Notes: a model not told the origin generated them from the letters alone. DNA of 64,000 nucleotides from Eledone cirrhosa (GCA_964016885.1 OZ024741.1:316138001-316202000), one strand, 5' to 3'; positions 49,542-62,682 are shown, numbered from the stretch's first letter. Numbers and translations are program-made.

Positions 49542-50900
49542 GGTAACAAATAATAGTTATATCCAGTCCCCTTAGGTGTAGTCCAGAAATCTTTAACGAA
49601 CATGCTGACTATTATAATGCAGCATTACGTAGGGCCGGTCATAAAGATAAACTGCAGTATATAGTGAATAAAGACAACGTAAACAATCCTAGTAACTACT
49701 ACACCAACCGCTCACACAATAATAAAAATAGACATAGGGTTAGGCACATAGCACCTAGAGTAAACAGTCAAAACACTAATAACGTAAACCCAAGAAACAA
49801 TAGAAGAAACAGACAAAGAAAATACCTATGGTTCAACCCAATCTTCAACTCCTCTATAAAAACTAGACTGCCCTCGACATTCTTTAAACTTATAGATAAA
49901 CACTTCCCTATCTCACATAGATATCACAAAATACTCAATAGATTTACCATAAAACTCTCATACTCGACAGCAGCAAATATAGAATCACACATACGCAGGA
50001 TCAACCACAGAAATATCTCTAGTAAATCAACCGCACCTATGCATAACGTAGCACCAAATTATAAGCATAAACACATCACAACATCACAACCGCAAGCGCA
50101 CACAAACACGCAACAGCAAAACCCCAATGGGCATATATCACAACCCACTTATAACAGAGTACTAAACAGGAGTGTAGAAGCTGCACAAAATAGCGCCTCA
50201 AACTGTAACTGTCACCTACCAGATAGGTGCCCATTGGCGAACAGATGTCTCGATTCGAGCCTAGTATACATGTGCACGGTCAACTCGGATAACTCCACCT
50301 GGAATTACATAGGATCCACCGCGGGTTCTTTTAAAAAAAGATGGTATGTGCACAGGCACTCAATGAAAAACCGTGCACTTATGGGTTCCACAACCCTCGC
50401 CAAAAAAATGTGGGAACTGAAGGACAGCAGCACTAACTACAGCATTAACTGATCAAAGTTGTCGGCTGCTAAAACCTGTAGTACAGGTATGTCCCACTGC
50501 GGGCTATGTGATCTAGAACTAATGTATATCCTCAAAAATGTAAAAAGGCTACTTAACAATAAGTTAGAAAGATCTATCTTCTGCAGACATAGAATTGCCA
50601 CTAAATTCATAAGATTCAAACTTCCGTGAATCGAACCAACACAACATAGCTTTAAACTAGGATACCCACTACCCTGCATAAATCACCACAGAAATATACT
50701 CATTAAGTACACTCTAGCCTTCACAAGTCTTTACCACACAAATGTCTGTAAGTACTTCATCAACCCATAAACTTATTTCTTCTCAGCTGCTGCCATCACT
50801 TGATCCTAAATCCAAGAATTTCTCTAATCACTACTACAATTTAACTTTACCTTCCTTTTGCCATAATTACAATCAGCATGTTTATCTCTTTGCATATATG
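49539..50900 (+). mobile_element. 5'-truncated PLE (linker + GIY-YIG), same group as 41278-43504
   Basis: WFNPIF, IKLSYST, CNCHLPDRCPLANRCLDSSLVYMC..YIGST..FKKRWYVH; in-frame TGA at a conserved Trp (50450). Confidence 0.88.
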
Positions 50901-51017
50901 TATGTATTTGTACGAGTGTATATTGATGTGTATGTATGTGTCTATGTACACATGCCTGTGTATATATATGTGTGTGTGTATGTGTGTGTATATATATGTA
51001 TATATATATATATATAT

Positions 51018-54000
51018 AAGGATTAAAATACTGGAGCGTGTTGGAGTTAAACACCCTCTTCGTATTATAGAAATGACAGTAAAAGGTATAGCTCAATGTA
51101 ATTAAACAGAGCCGAAGAATTATAAAGTAAAACAAAGACGCCTTCAATACATCAAAAGTCTTTATTAACCAACAATGTTTCGTCCTATTAAGGACTCATC
51201 AGGGCAATTAAAACAACAAGAAGTATTATCGGCCAATACAAGCCGAAAACTCCGAAGAATATGGAGTGTACATACACTAAAGTATTGCAAGATTATGGGT
51301 AAAAATATATAATAAAAATCTCTAAGGAGGTGTATAACATTTAGAACCATATTACAAATATAGTCCAAAGCAAAAAAAAAACCTAGAGCTAAACAAAGGT
51401 GGTTATATAGAGCGAGAATTATATATAATACTATATAATATAATATAATATACTTGTAACAATATTAAAATTACAATAAAAATTAAAAGGTACAATATAC
51501 ATATGTATATATGTACGCACACGTACGCACACATACACATACATCAATACACATATCCATCTTCAACAGCACAAATTAACCCTTATTAAGAGTTTAAATA
51601 TAAATAAGCATGATAGGAATAAAAATAATAATAATAATAATAATAATACGTATATCTAATATACATGAGGTAATAATATGATATAATTATAATTATAAGT
51701 ATAAGTAGCACATATAATATATAATAAACTATACAATTATATACTATATAATATAATATAATAGATAATCTCCGGTTAATTTACACAAACAATATAGGTG
51801 TCACAATAATACGATAATAATAATATAATAACATATAATATATAATATATAATGGCATGCAAGTTAACAAATCAATTCATATAGAGTTACAGAGTGGGTG
51901 AGAAAAAAATATATATAAATTGTACAATACCCAAAATTATGATGGTACAAAAATATAAACATCTTACATGATATATAAAGTTTAACATATCACAATGGTA
52001 CATATAATCAACGGTAAGTAATAAGGATCGATATTACAATAACAAATACAATATAAAATAATTAACATAATATAATATATAATTACTTATAATTACAAGG
52101 ATGGTAAACAGACATATATGTGGATGAGTGAGTAAGGGCCAGACAGTAAATAGAATGCACAGTAGTATTAATAAATAAAAAAAATAGAATCAACCGGAAA
52201 TTAATAAACAAAAGACAAAAGTATATACTTAGGTCTCACATGCAGTTAAGTAAAAACTTAGGAAACAACCCCGGTAAATGACTCGAAAACCCTATTTGAT
52301 AAATTAATATTAAAAATATTTAAAATATCTAATAAGGCAATACAATATTAGCTATGGTTTAAGTAATCAAAATTTATAAACGTTAATAATTCACTACAAA
52401 TATATATATAAAGGAATGAAATTTTCTACTATCATTTACAAAACGATATCTAAAAAACTGACTTAAGCAGAATTATGGTAGGCTAATAGGGACAGAAAAA
52501 AAGAAATGTATGGAGGATACAAAGGAGCATAAAATCATAGTCGATATACTATATTAAATAATAGAAAGGAGCGTAAAAGAGGGGGGGATTAAATATAATC
52601 ATAATCTATTTGGAGGGGTTGACAATAAGTTTATGTGCGCATGGGGGGGGGTTATCCAAAGAAGAATCCAAATAAAATAAAATAAAATAAAATGAAATAA
52701 AATAAAATAATGTAAAATATATAATCAGATGTATACTCATAAGGTGTTAATAGTGAAAATTAATGCGTAAGAAGATAGATATGGTATAGTAGCCAAAAGA
52801 TTGTGAGAGCTAGAATAAAGATTTGTCAAAAACCAATGATAATAATGATGATAATAATGGTGGTAAACAAAAAGAACCTAAACTAAAAAATAAGTAATGG
52901 AATATATCAGCTAATGGATACAATTTACACTACTAGAATCTTTAGGTTTATAATAAAAGTAAGAATTAGAAATAGCGTGGGGGCAAGAAGAGAATATCTC
53001 AGACTTTCTATTAAGTAAGGATTCGCTAGAGAAGATTATAGAGTGTGTCTCGAGGATACAGAGATTACAAAATTTAGTATGTGTAGAAAGGTTATTAGAG
53101 CGTGCTACTAAACGCCAATTAAGGCTATATGGTATATTAACCCCCTTAAGATCCCAGATATAGTGTGCTAAAGAAGTAGAATTCTTAAACTTAACATGTT
53201 TGAAATTAGAGATATGAGAATTAAACCTAGTCTTAAAAGTGTTAGAAGTAGAGCCTATATAAGTTCTATTAGAGGAATTAGTTATAACTACGCAAGCATA
53301 GACGATGTTCTTATAGAGGCAGTTACCGTTTAAAGGGCAGTTAGCACTCACTCTACAATTACACTTCCGGGTGCTATTGGTTGGCTGAAGTGGTGATGCA
53401 TTACACGTAGGATTGATATTAGATAAGGTCTGCTCTGGTGGTAAGGCATTTCCAGATCTGTTCAGACTAGTAGTATGTAGAGAGGAGAATCCATCCCTAA
53501 TTTTCCTATTGTTAGTGCTAGCTAAATGAGAACTAATATTAGGGGTGGTAGAGAATGAAAGTTTAATAACATTTTTATTAAAAATACTATGGTATTTATG
53601 AGAAGGGGGGAAATTTTTCTCTAAGATAGAAAAGAAAGACCTAGGGATATTAGTTAATACTTCCTGATATTATGGCGGGTTAAAATAAGTATTTAGTCTC
53701 CTTCTATTTTTATCCTTACCGACTCTACCATTATCCAATATCCCACTATCAAGACTAGGGTTACTACAAGGATTAGTTAAAACCGCATTATTAGAATCAG
53801 CCAAAATCCCATTAAGTCTCCTACTGTTTCTACCTCCAGTAGATATGATGTCGTCTGGAATCCCATCAAAAGGATTAGGGCCAATAATAGGATCAGTAGA
53901 AGCAACATTATTAGAATTAGATCTAGCAAAATTATCACCAATGAGTGAGCGCTCAGAGGGTTCGACTTGTTTCCTAGATGTATTATATTCCCTATTACGA

Positions 54001-55381
54001 GTCCCGTGGGTTAACTTATGGATGGGTTCAGATACACCTATGTAATTTTTACGGTTATTATGCTTCCTACTCCCATTCATGGCCATGTTATGTGATATTA
54101 TGTTATTATTATTATAAATAAGCGGAGACTTTCTAAGGTTACTATTATTATAATGTATTTTACTAGAGTAACCGGAATTTGCTAGGGCATTATTATAGTA
54201 CTCCGCATGTTCATTAAATGTTCCTACGTCCTTAGAGAGTGTGGAAATCATATTAGATACACCCTTAATTATAGAGCTTATCATAGATTTGGGGTGGTTA
54301 GAATTGGGACTAACATAAGAAAGTATTTCATTAGGCTTATGGAAGGGTTTAAAACTATTAGTGACCAAGTCCAAAGTCACATCTAAAACGTTAACCGCTC
54401 TATCGTTTCTATCTATCGTGATCGAACGGTTATAGCTTTTAAAAAACTTATAAAGCTTCTTATTATTATGCTCGACATTGTTGGTGCTAGAGTTAATTAC
54501 AAACAATGCATCATCACGATATAGTCCGCCTTTAAGGTGCGGAAAGGTAACATATAGTTCATTTAGGAGGAACAACCCAACAAGATCAGTTACCTGGGCC
54601 GAATCACTCGAACCCATTGTAACGTCGAAATTGTTGGGCGTGTTTTTACGGGTCCAAAATGTGTCCTCAAATTTAATAATAGTTCTACAGGCTGCTAGTA
54701 TAATATCAACCTGTGATCGTGTAAGGCTGGACACTCTCATGGCCAACATTAAAGCTTTATTGAGGAGGATGGGTGAAATCGATGTGTAGTAGGCATCAAT
54801 ATCGAATTGGATAAACTTATTAGATTCAAGTTTATTAATCCCAGAGAACCAATCTATAACTTCCTTAGTGTTCCCCCATAGGTTAAAATTAACTTTATCC
54901 CTAACATCTGGTATAATAAGGTCAAGGATTTTTTTACTGATTATGGCTATATCGGACTTGGAAGGACAGATGAATCTAACAGAGGGGTTACTAATAAAAT
55001 CTACCTTATGATCCTTAAGAATGAATCTCGGTTCTCGAGGGTAATATGGCTGGGTATACTTATCGAGGCCGAGGTCAGAGACAATTTTAAGACCCTCACT
55101 ATTGATGCTGTTCAAATTATCAAGCGTATTTTTTTTATAATTTCTATGTAGCTCCTTATAAATAAAGTCACGGTAAGCACTGTAATCCATGGAGTATAGA
55201 TTCTTAGTCTTATCCGCCGGGACAAGAATGGACTTATTCTCACCAAAACCCTTAACAATATTTTTAAGTCTAGACTGGAACTTATCAAATTTATTATAAT
55301 TTCTATGTCTATTATTTGGCCTATACTTAATATTTTTGACAAGAGAGAGTAAGTCACTTTCAAAACAATCTAATAGAATAT
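51018..55381 (-). mobile_element. 5'-truncated PLE (RT + GIY-YIG) with a ~1.9-kb AT-rich 3' region
   Basis: ORFs 53670-55463 (ADKT, KDHK, FDIDAYY, FDVTMGS, GGLYRDD) and 52911-53351 (CPLNGNC..IVY..YIGST, CNLC); bounded by (TA)n. Confidence 0.92.
51163..51211 (-). ncRNA. Type I hammerhead ribozyme motif with canonical core
   Basis: gcc-CTGATGA-GTCC-TTAATA-GGAC-GAAAC-ATT-GTT-ggt, then AATAAA. Confidence 0.85.
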
Positions 55382-56619
55382 TATATATATATATATGTAT
55401 TGCCTCCTTAACCTCTGTATTAACTCGCCCACTATTTAGCTTTGACAGTGTTGTCCCATACATGTATGTTATTTAAGATGAAAAGAAAGACTGTATTCTC
55501 ATCTAATGTAGACCACACAAATTCTACTCAATGATAAATACTTCGTCGGTCAGATAAATACTGAACATTACGGCCACCTGACCTATATTGGTGATAAACA
55601 CCGGCTTATCTTTAAAATTGATACAATACACCCTACGACATGCCAAACTTATACTTCTGCTTCATGTCAGCTAGTTTTACACGCCGAAATCTTAGATACA
55701 CTATACCCCCCCCCCCCCCACCTAATGTAATGTCAGGGTCTCCTCAAATAATTTATTACTAGCATTGTTGTAATTGTTGTTATTGTTCTAACTGAATGCC
55801 ATTACTACTTCATATAGTAGCCTGTATATTCCATTCATGCCTGTATATTCTCTTCATTCTCGCATGCTCCGAAGAACTGACTGGTTATAATTTTGTATTG
55901 GCGATCGAGTAACGTGAAAACAATCGACAAGGGAACGGACAAAGCGTGTGCTCTTGAATCCTTCGCCCGTTCCCTTGTGAGTCCCAATCCACCCACACCG
56001 GTCTGCGCAGGTGCAAGTCCGAAGGAAGTTGACCATCAACTACCCCAGAGTTCTACGAAACTCGCCTAGGCAGGTCCCCCTCTCAACCAAACAATCACCC
56101 CATCCAGGTATGTAATATGACACAGTTATAGTTTACTGCTAGTCGCCCTGCCAGTGGCAGTTGGCCGAAACCTAGTGGGGGACAGTATGCGTTTCAATAG
56201 GTCTCAATACTACTCCTAAATTAAGCATGGACAATAGATTTGACCATCACCCGCTAAGAGAATATGTACTTATTTCTAGCTATTATGGTTTCACAGTGTA
56301 AATTATGATTGAAAATTAGAAATTAAAAATTAAAAATTAAAAATTAAAAATTTAAAATTTAAAATTTAAAATTTAAAAAATTACAAGTTAAAATCTTTGT
56401 CCGTTCCCCTGTCGATTCAATTTGGATTGCCTCGGAAACATAACCTTATTATGTAAGAAGCTGTCTGATGATGTCACGGCACTGGGTACACCGAAGCGTG
56501 AATTGACTGAATCATTAAAATGTCGCTCAATATACCACCTTACTTCTAAATAATATCAGACGGTGTGACGTAATGTAATTTAAGAGTGTAATATCTATGG
56601 CCTCCTATGTTTTTTCTGA

Positions 56620-57710
56620 TGATAAAAAAACCTTTGACCGTGTTTGGCATGAGACTTATTGGAGTTGATGAAGGATTACAACTTTGACATCAACCTCATT
56701 CAAGTAATTAAAGCACTATAGAATAACTCAAGCAGTGCAGTTCTCCTGAATAACAACATCGACATATACTTCAGGACAACAATGGGAGTTCGACAAGGAT
56801 GTCTCCTTTCCCCAGTGCTTTTCAACATCTTCCTGGAAAACATTATCCAAGAGACACTTCAAGACTTCCACACCTCTGTTTCCATTGGAGGGTGGCACAT
56901 TTCCAACATGCGATTTGCTGATGATATTAACTTGTTAGGAAGCAGTAAAGCCGAACTCCAGGACTTCACTAACAGGCTGGGATAAGTATTAGCAGCATAC
57001 TGAATGGACAAGAGTTAAGAAAAGAGTAAGATTCTGGTTAATAGCCATAATCTGAATATAGCAACCAGCATCATGCTGAATGCAAGAAGATCGAAGAAGT
57101 GGACACCTACTCTGACTAAAGACTGCATATCTGAAAAGGAGATACTGACAAGACTCGCCCTGGCCACTTCTGCCATGGTAATGCTGAATGTCATGAGGAA
57201 AAGCAACTCCATCAGTTTTCCAACGAAGCTCAAAACTAAGCATATCCTTAGTGACTTCGTTCCTTTTGTATGGGTGTGAGAGTTGAACTCTCGCAACTGA
57301 CATAGAATGAAGAATCTAGTCATTCGAGTACACGTTCTTCAGAAGGCTGCTACACATCCCGTACACGGAGCAGAAAAAAAACAGCTTTGTCAGGCAGCAA
57401 GTTAACAAATATGCTGGCAGATATGAACTACTCTTTGCGAAGGTGAAAACATGGACGCTTGCTTGGTAAGGTCATGTATCCCACCACAACTCCTTGTCTA
57501 AAACCATCCTTGACGGAACAGTCGAAGGATGGCGCAGAAGAAACAGACAAAGAAAATCTTGGTCTGACAACATTAATGACTGGACTGGGCACAGCACCGA
57601 GACACTTCTACGCATGACGGAGAATAGAGACCAGTGGCGACAGGTGACAAACAAAACGTCTAGAGTGGCAGCACGACTACTGGATACACCAGTTGCGGTA
57701 ACAAGATTGA
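56620..57710 (+). pseudogene. RTE-clade LINE, 5'-truncated RT remnant
   Basis: GVRQGCLLSPVLFNIFLE, RFADD, ILDGTVEG..R.RQRKSWSDNI. Confidence 0.9.
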
Positions 57711-57984
57711 TATCTATGTATATATATATATATTTATATACACCCACAAACATATCTACATCTATATATGTGTGTGTGTGTATATATATAGATACACACA
57801 TACATACATACATATACATATACATATATATATATATATATACACAGGGAGCAGCCGTCGAAGAAACAACACATTGCCTCTAGCCAGCACCCTCTATCAA
57901 GAAAAGAAAATCTTTTTCGAAGAACTTAATGGATTTTTCCAAATTTAAAGGTTTTCTTTTGGGAACTTTCATTGGTTTTATAGG

Positions 57985-58060
57985 TTTTGGCGTCTGAAGA
58001 ACTCAGGCTATCAAAACTGATAGTTGGCAGCGAAATGTACGAAATGGGGTTTTAAATAAA
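57985..58060 (+). ncRNA. Degenerate hammerhead-like motif in an orphan pLTR-like fragment
   Basis: CTGAAGA, stem GGCTATCA/TGATAGTT, GAAA, downstream AATAAA; stems I and III are poor. Confidence 0.4.
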
Positions 58061-58215
58061 CCTGAATCAATTAAATATGACCTCCGATCTTTTATTAATA
58101 TATGATGCTCCGGCTTGCATCTTTTATACAGGTCATTGAGCGCTTCTTTTTATCTTCCCAACCGACAGACTATAATGTGGTCCGCACATCTCTGTTCGGT
58201 TAATCCCAAACTGAA

Positions 58216-58252
<37 letters not shown>

Positions 58253-58277
58253 ATCAAAAGATGGTTATATATATATA

Positions 58278-58386
58278 TAATATAGAAATGTCTTCTGCAG
58301 GACTAGAACTGTTTCATTCGGAGGAAATCATCAGGCTTTACTGATGATTTCCTCCGAATAAAACAGTAGAAGCCATTTCTATATTA
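58278..58386. repeat. Fold-back made of two divergent hammerhead-like halves
   Basis: ...gtttcattcggaggaaaTCATCAG gcttta CTGATGAtttcctccgaataaaac... Confidence 0.75.
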
Positions 58387-58451
58387 AATATTTATACTCT
58401 GCTATGTAGTGAGTACCTTACTTACTGTGGTTACCCCCGATTGAACCCGGG

Positions 58452-58687
<236 letters not shown>

Positions 58688-58739
58688 TCATACACACATA
58701 GAAATTACATGAATCAAAGTTCTGTTCAAACCATTTATT

Positions 58740-58786
58740 AGCTTACAATTGTTTCGTTCAAACCGAGGTTTGGAGTCTTCGGAGCA
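58740..58786 (-). ncRNA. Type I hammerhead-like motif (CCGAAGA variant) at the 3' end of a decayed PLE-like segment (about 58690-60190)
   Basis: GCT-CCGAAGA-[CAAACC/GGTTTG]-GAAA-CAATTG-TA-AGC, then AATAAA; palindromic stem III. Confidence 0.72.
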
Positions 58787-60207
58787 ATTTTTCAATGATT
58801 CTTTACATACTTGACCTCCTTTCCAACACAAGAGACATACAGAAACATATGTATATATCGATGCACAGTGGGTTGACATCCATTATAATATTTTAGCATG
58901 GCAATTTACATTCAAAGATTAAAATCATATTAAAAGAAAATTAAAACAAAATTCAAGTTAAAATACAACATCGGCAGTTTACGAAGATAATGCAAGAGGA
59001 TAGTTTGAAGTAGTTAGTGTATGCAATAGTTACACGTGGGGCATGCACGTGTGTCTTATTTATATAAGATTATAGTGCGGCAAGGTGTTATATGGAATAC
59101 AAGCACTTTAAGCGGGCAATCAAGAGTATTATGGGGGTTGTATTGGTAAAGTATTTTTTTATGTATGATATAGAAGCTTGTGTGCAGAGAAATATTAAAA
59201 ATGAGAAGCAAAATAATGTTATGGTTTTCGTATACACCACCATTTTCACAATCCAGGAAACGTAATATATAGATTATATGTCCTTCACATAATCAACGAT
59301 GATTCAGTATTGGATGCTTGATGAATTAGGTTAGATTATTACAGCTTGTTGTTCTTTAATCCAATTTTATAGAGCAGGTTGTTTTTGTTGCGAGAATTAA
59401 CATCGTTTTATTTTCCGGAAGTGTGTGTGTGATTAAGGGGAGTTAATGCGTGAGGAGAGGTAACTAGCTGATTTCTATAACTAAATTTATTATCCCAATG
59501 TACATTAAATGGTGTCCTAATTGAGTCCCTATCATATATGATGTAAACAGTTTCTAAATTTAAGTATCCTATCTTTAAATTACAGTCTAGTCTATCAAGA
59601 AGTACTAAAGGTGTCCATATTAGGATGATTACTCTCTATCATAGAGTGCCACAACTGAATATTCCACATGAAGAGTCAGATCTCCAAATCAATGATCTTT
59701 GTAAATGTAGTCTACCCACAGAACCTGGCAGGGTTTTATTAGAACCACGTCTATATATAACTCCTGGTAAGCTCTGGGTCAGTGCATGTCTGATTGCATG
59801 GCAAAGTTAAATATCTCTAGGGTAGACCAGAGAGCAATTCTCACTTACAATGTCACTAATATGTCTATCAAGTCATACATGTATGTATAACTCATATACC
59901 ACTTGTACATAACTCATTGTACTCAGCATATAGGTTATATAGCTATTTTATGTTAATAAATTAATCTTCTATTTATCCAATGATGGCACTCCATACACAG
60001 AACAACATTAGCACAAACAATTCAGTGTTTAAAGTTTACATTTAATTATATAGTGGTGTAATGTAGTCTAAGTAATTGAAGGCAATTATACCAAAAGGTA
60101 GTAATAAATTACTGTCTTTCACTGTTTAGGGTTTATAATATATATAACTATAAAAGGTTTTAGTATATACATAACCATAAATAGTATCCTTAATACTATA
60201 TATATAC

Positions 60208-60238
<31 letters not shown>

Positions 60239-60328
60239 CATATATATAAATCAGATTAGATGTAGTAAAAACCAGTTAGACCATTTTACTCACCAGTGTA
60301 CTTGATACTTGGGGTAGTAGAGTGGGTA

Positions 60329-60453
60329 ATATGAAGGATACGGGACACCGACGGCTGAACTCCTGCCGTTTCAACAGCTAGATCCGAACAGAACTCAGAA
60401 CTAGCTGTTGAAACGACAGGAGCTCAGCCGTCGGGGGCCCTAAACCTTCATAT
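60329..60453. repeat. Imperfect inverted repeat (arms about 55 bp) next to (TA)n
   Basis: ccgacggctgaactcctgccgtttcaacagctag pairs with ctagctgttgaaacgacaggagctcagccgtcgg. Confidence 0.85.
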
Positions 60454-60545
60454 ATATATATATATATACCAACTTAAGTTATCCCATCTATCCCATAATT
60501 CAAATTGTACCACCTGAATCTATTATAATAACCTATTATCATTAT

Positions 60546-60829
60546 TCTGAGTTCAAATCCCGCCGAGGTTAACTTTGCCTTTCATCCTTACGGGGTGGAT
60601 AAAATAAAGTACCTGTAATGCACTGGGTAATTGCTGTCCTTGTGCCAAACGTAGAAACAATTATTATTATTATTATTATACCAGTAACGTGCTGGAGTCG
60701 ATATAATCGACTTTCCCCTCTCCCCAAAAATTGCGGGCCTTCTGCCTATATAAGAAACCATTGTCCCAGTCTTTTGTATTGTCCCCTATATGTCGGCCCT
60801 TGTGGCCAATAAATGAAATCATTATTATT
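60546..60829 (+). mobile_element. Truncated SINE with (TTA)n tail (60546-60678), then a second SINE 3' part and a Tx1-like 3' terminus (60679-60829)
   Basis: B-box and central domain; then taccagtaacgtgctggagtcgatataatcgac...gcccttgtggccaataaatgaaatc(att)n. Confidence 0.85.
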
Positions 60830-61433
60830 GACATCAACTGTCGATGAACCAACATCATAACCTTTTATATTTTATATTTTTTCTCTTTCATTTTTTCTCT
60901 TTCATTTTTTCTCTTTCATTTTTTCTCTTTCTATTTCTTTCCCTAAATTTATTTCATCTCTTACATTATATCTTGTATTATTTTCACTTCTAATATAACT
61001 TACAATTAATTAATTAATTAATTAATTAATTAATTTATTAATGTAACTAATACATACATAAATATATTTAACATTTTCATGTTTATACCATCATATCTCT
61101 ATATTTTAACCACCAATACCACAACTACTCTCAATAATCATACTATGTTTCTTCGCACATATAAAAAAGTTTTATTTATTTTTTATCATATTTTGTATTG
61201 TTTTTTATCATCCTCGTTGTAACTTGTTTATTAACATTTATTCATTTATTGTTGATGTCTTTGTTGTTTTTCTCTCTGTTTTTCTTTTCCCCTATCTTTT
61301 ATCTTTTTTCTTCATCCTTTTCTCCTCTTTCTTTTTTCTCTGTCTTTTTTCTCTCTTTTTTCTCTCTTTTTTTCTCTCTCTCTTTCTTTATTAATGATGT
61401 AATTTGAATTCGCAAACGCTGAGCATATTTTTA

Positions 61434-61544
61434 ACAGTCCTTTCTGATGATCTGGTTAAGCTAACAGTGTATTTAAAATTGAGTGGCACAGCTTCAAGTG
61501 TTCAGCAATTTTTAGACAATCAGTGAAACAATTGTTAATACTGT
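61434..61544 (+). ncRNA. Type I hammerhead-like motif with a 74-nt stem II domain
   Basis: CTGATGA-T-CTGGTT...AATCAG-T-GAAA-CAATTG-TTA; acagt/actgt stem I with a bulge; AATAAA follows. Confidence 0.65.
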
Positions 61545-61858
61545 AAATAAAACCCCTTTTTTGTACTGTTGACCATGTTATTCTTCACTCTTTCAATATT
61601 ATTACTCCAAGATAAACTTACATAGGAATGCAAGAGAACTCATAAACTCGCCATCTACGGAAACCTCTTGTTGAGTCAAACAACGCCGTACGCTAAAACT
61701 ATCCTCAATACGAAGTATTCACAACCTCTGACTGGATTACCTATAACGATATTTTGTTATCCCTTATATTTATATTTATATATATATATATTTATATTTA
61801 TATATTTATATTTATATTTATATATTTATATTCATATTTATATATTTATATATATATT

Positions 61859-62445
61859 AAATACCAATGAAGGCTGGAAGATCACTGCTGAAGGACTAAT
61901 TTTATTCATATGTAACCCATATGCAACCACGCAGCACGCCATTTTTCATATATTTATATGTCTGTTTCTTTCTTACTGCTTCCCCTTTCTCTGTATCTCT
62001 CACCTTCTTTTTACCTCCTCTGCCAGTCACTCTCTTTCCGCTGGCCTCTTCCTCACACTTTCACTCACTCTTTGCTTCTCCCCCTCTCTCACTTCCTCCC
62101 GTTTGACCTGTGTGAAATCCTTTTCTCGCTCACATCTCACACAGGCCGGATGGTCTGTATCTCTCCTCGTCTATGATTTCACAGAACTTAAGTTCACAGA
62201 TATCACGGACTTGTTTCTCCTCTTCCTATCTTTCCGTTGCATTACCATCTTTGTTTGTTTACATGTCTCGCTCACTTCACCCTATTTTACGTGTCCCAAT
62301 AACTTTCTTTGGTTATTGCTGGCACCAACCAGAGGTATATGATCTTTAAAGCGAAGAAATACCAATGAAGGCTGGAAGATCACTGATGAAGGACTAATTT
62401 TATTCATATGTAACCCATGTGCAACCACGCAGCACGCCATTTTTC

Positions 62446-62452
<7 letters not shown>
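61859..62452 (+). repeat. About 95-bp direct repeats (61859-61953 and 62357-62452) enclosing ~400 bp
   Basis: aaataccaatgaaggctggaagatcactg...cacgccatttttcatatat occurs twice; AT-rich microsatellites on both sides. Confidence 0.85.
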
Positions 62453-62484
<32 letters not shown>

Positions 62485-62493
62485 CATATATAT

Positions 62494-62582
<89 letters not shown>

Positions 62583-62682
62583 TAAAATATAAATATAAAT
62601 ATAAATATAAATATAAATATATAAATATAAATATAAATACTTTTTATATTTACCATTACCTTCCTGTTCCGTATAACCATGT

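Noticed and set aside
50450-50452. In-frame TGA as possible selenocysteine (reported for some Naiad PLEs)
   Set aside because: It aligns to a conserved Trp in the paralogous copies, not a Cys; the conserved Cys codons I read are TGT/TGC
56455-56590. CTGATGA with GTCAC/GTGAC as another long hammerhead
   Set aside because: No GAAA after the stem and no convincing stem I or III
59440-59880. Possible GIY-YIG remnant (GVIYRR..SVGR) upstream of the 58740 motif
   Set aside because: Too decayed to call as coding by eye
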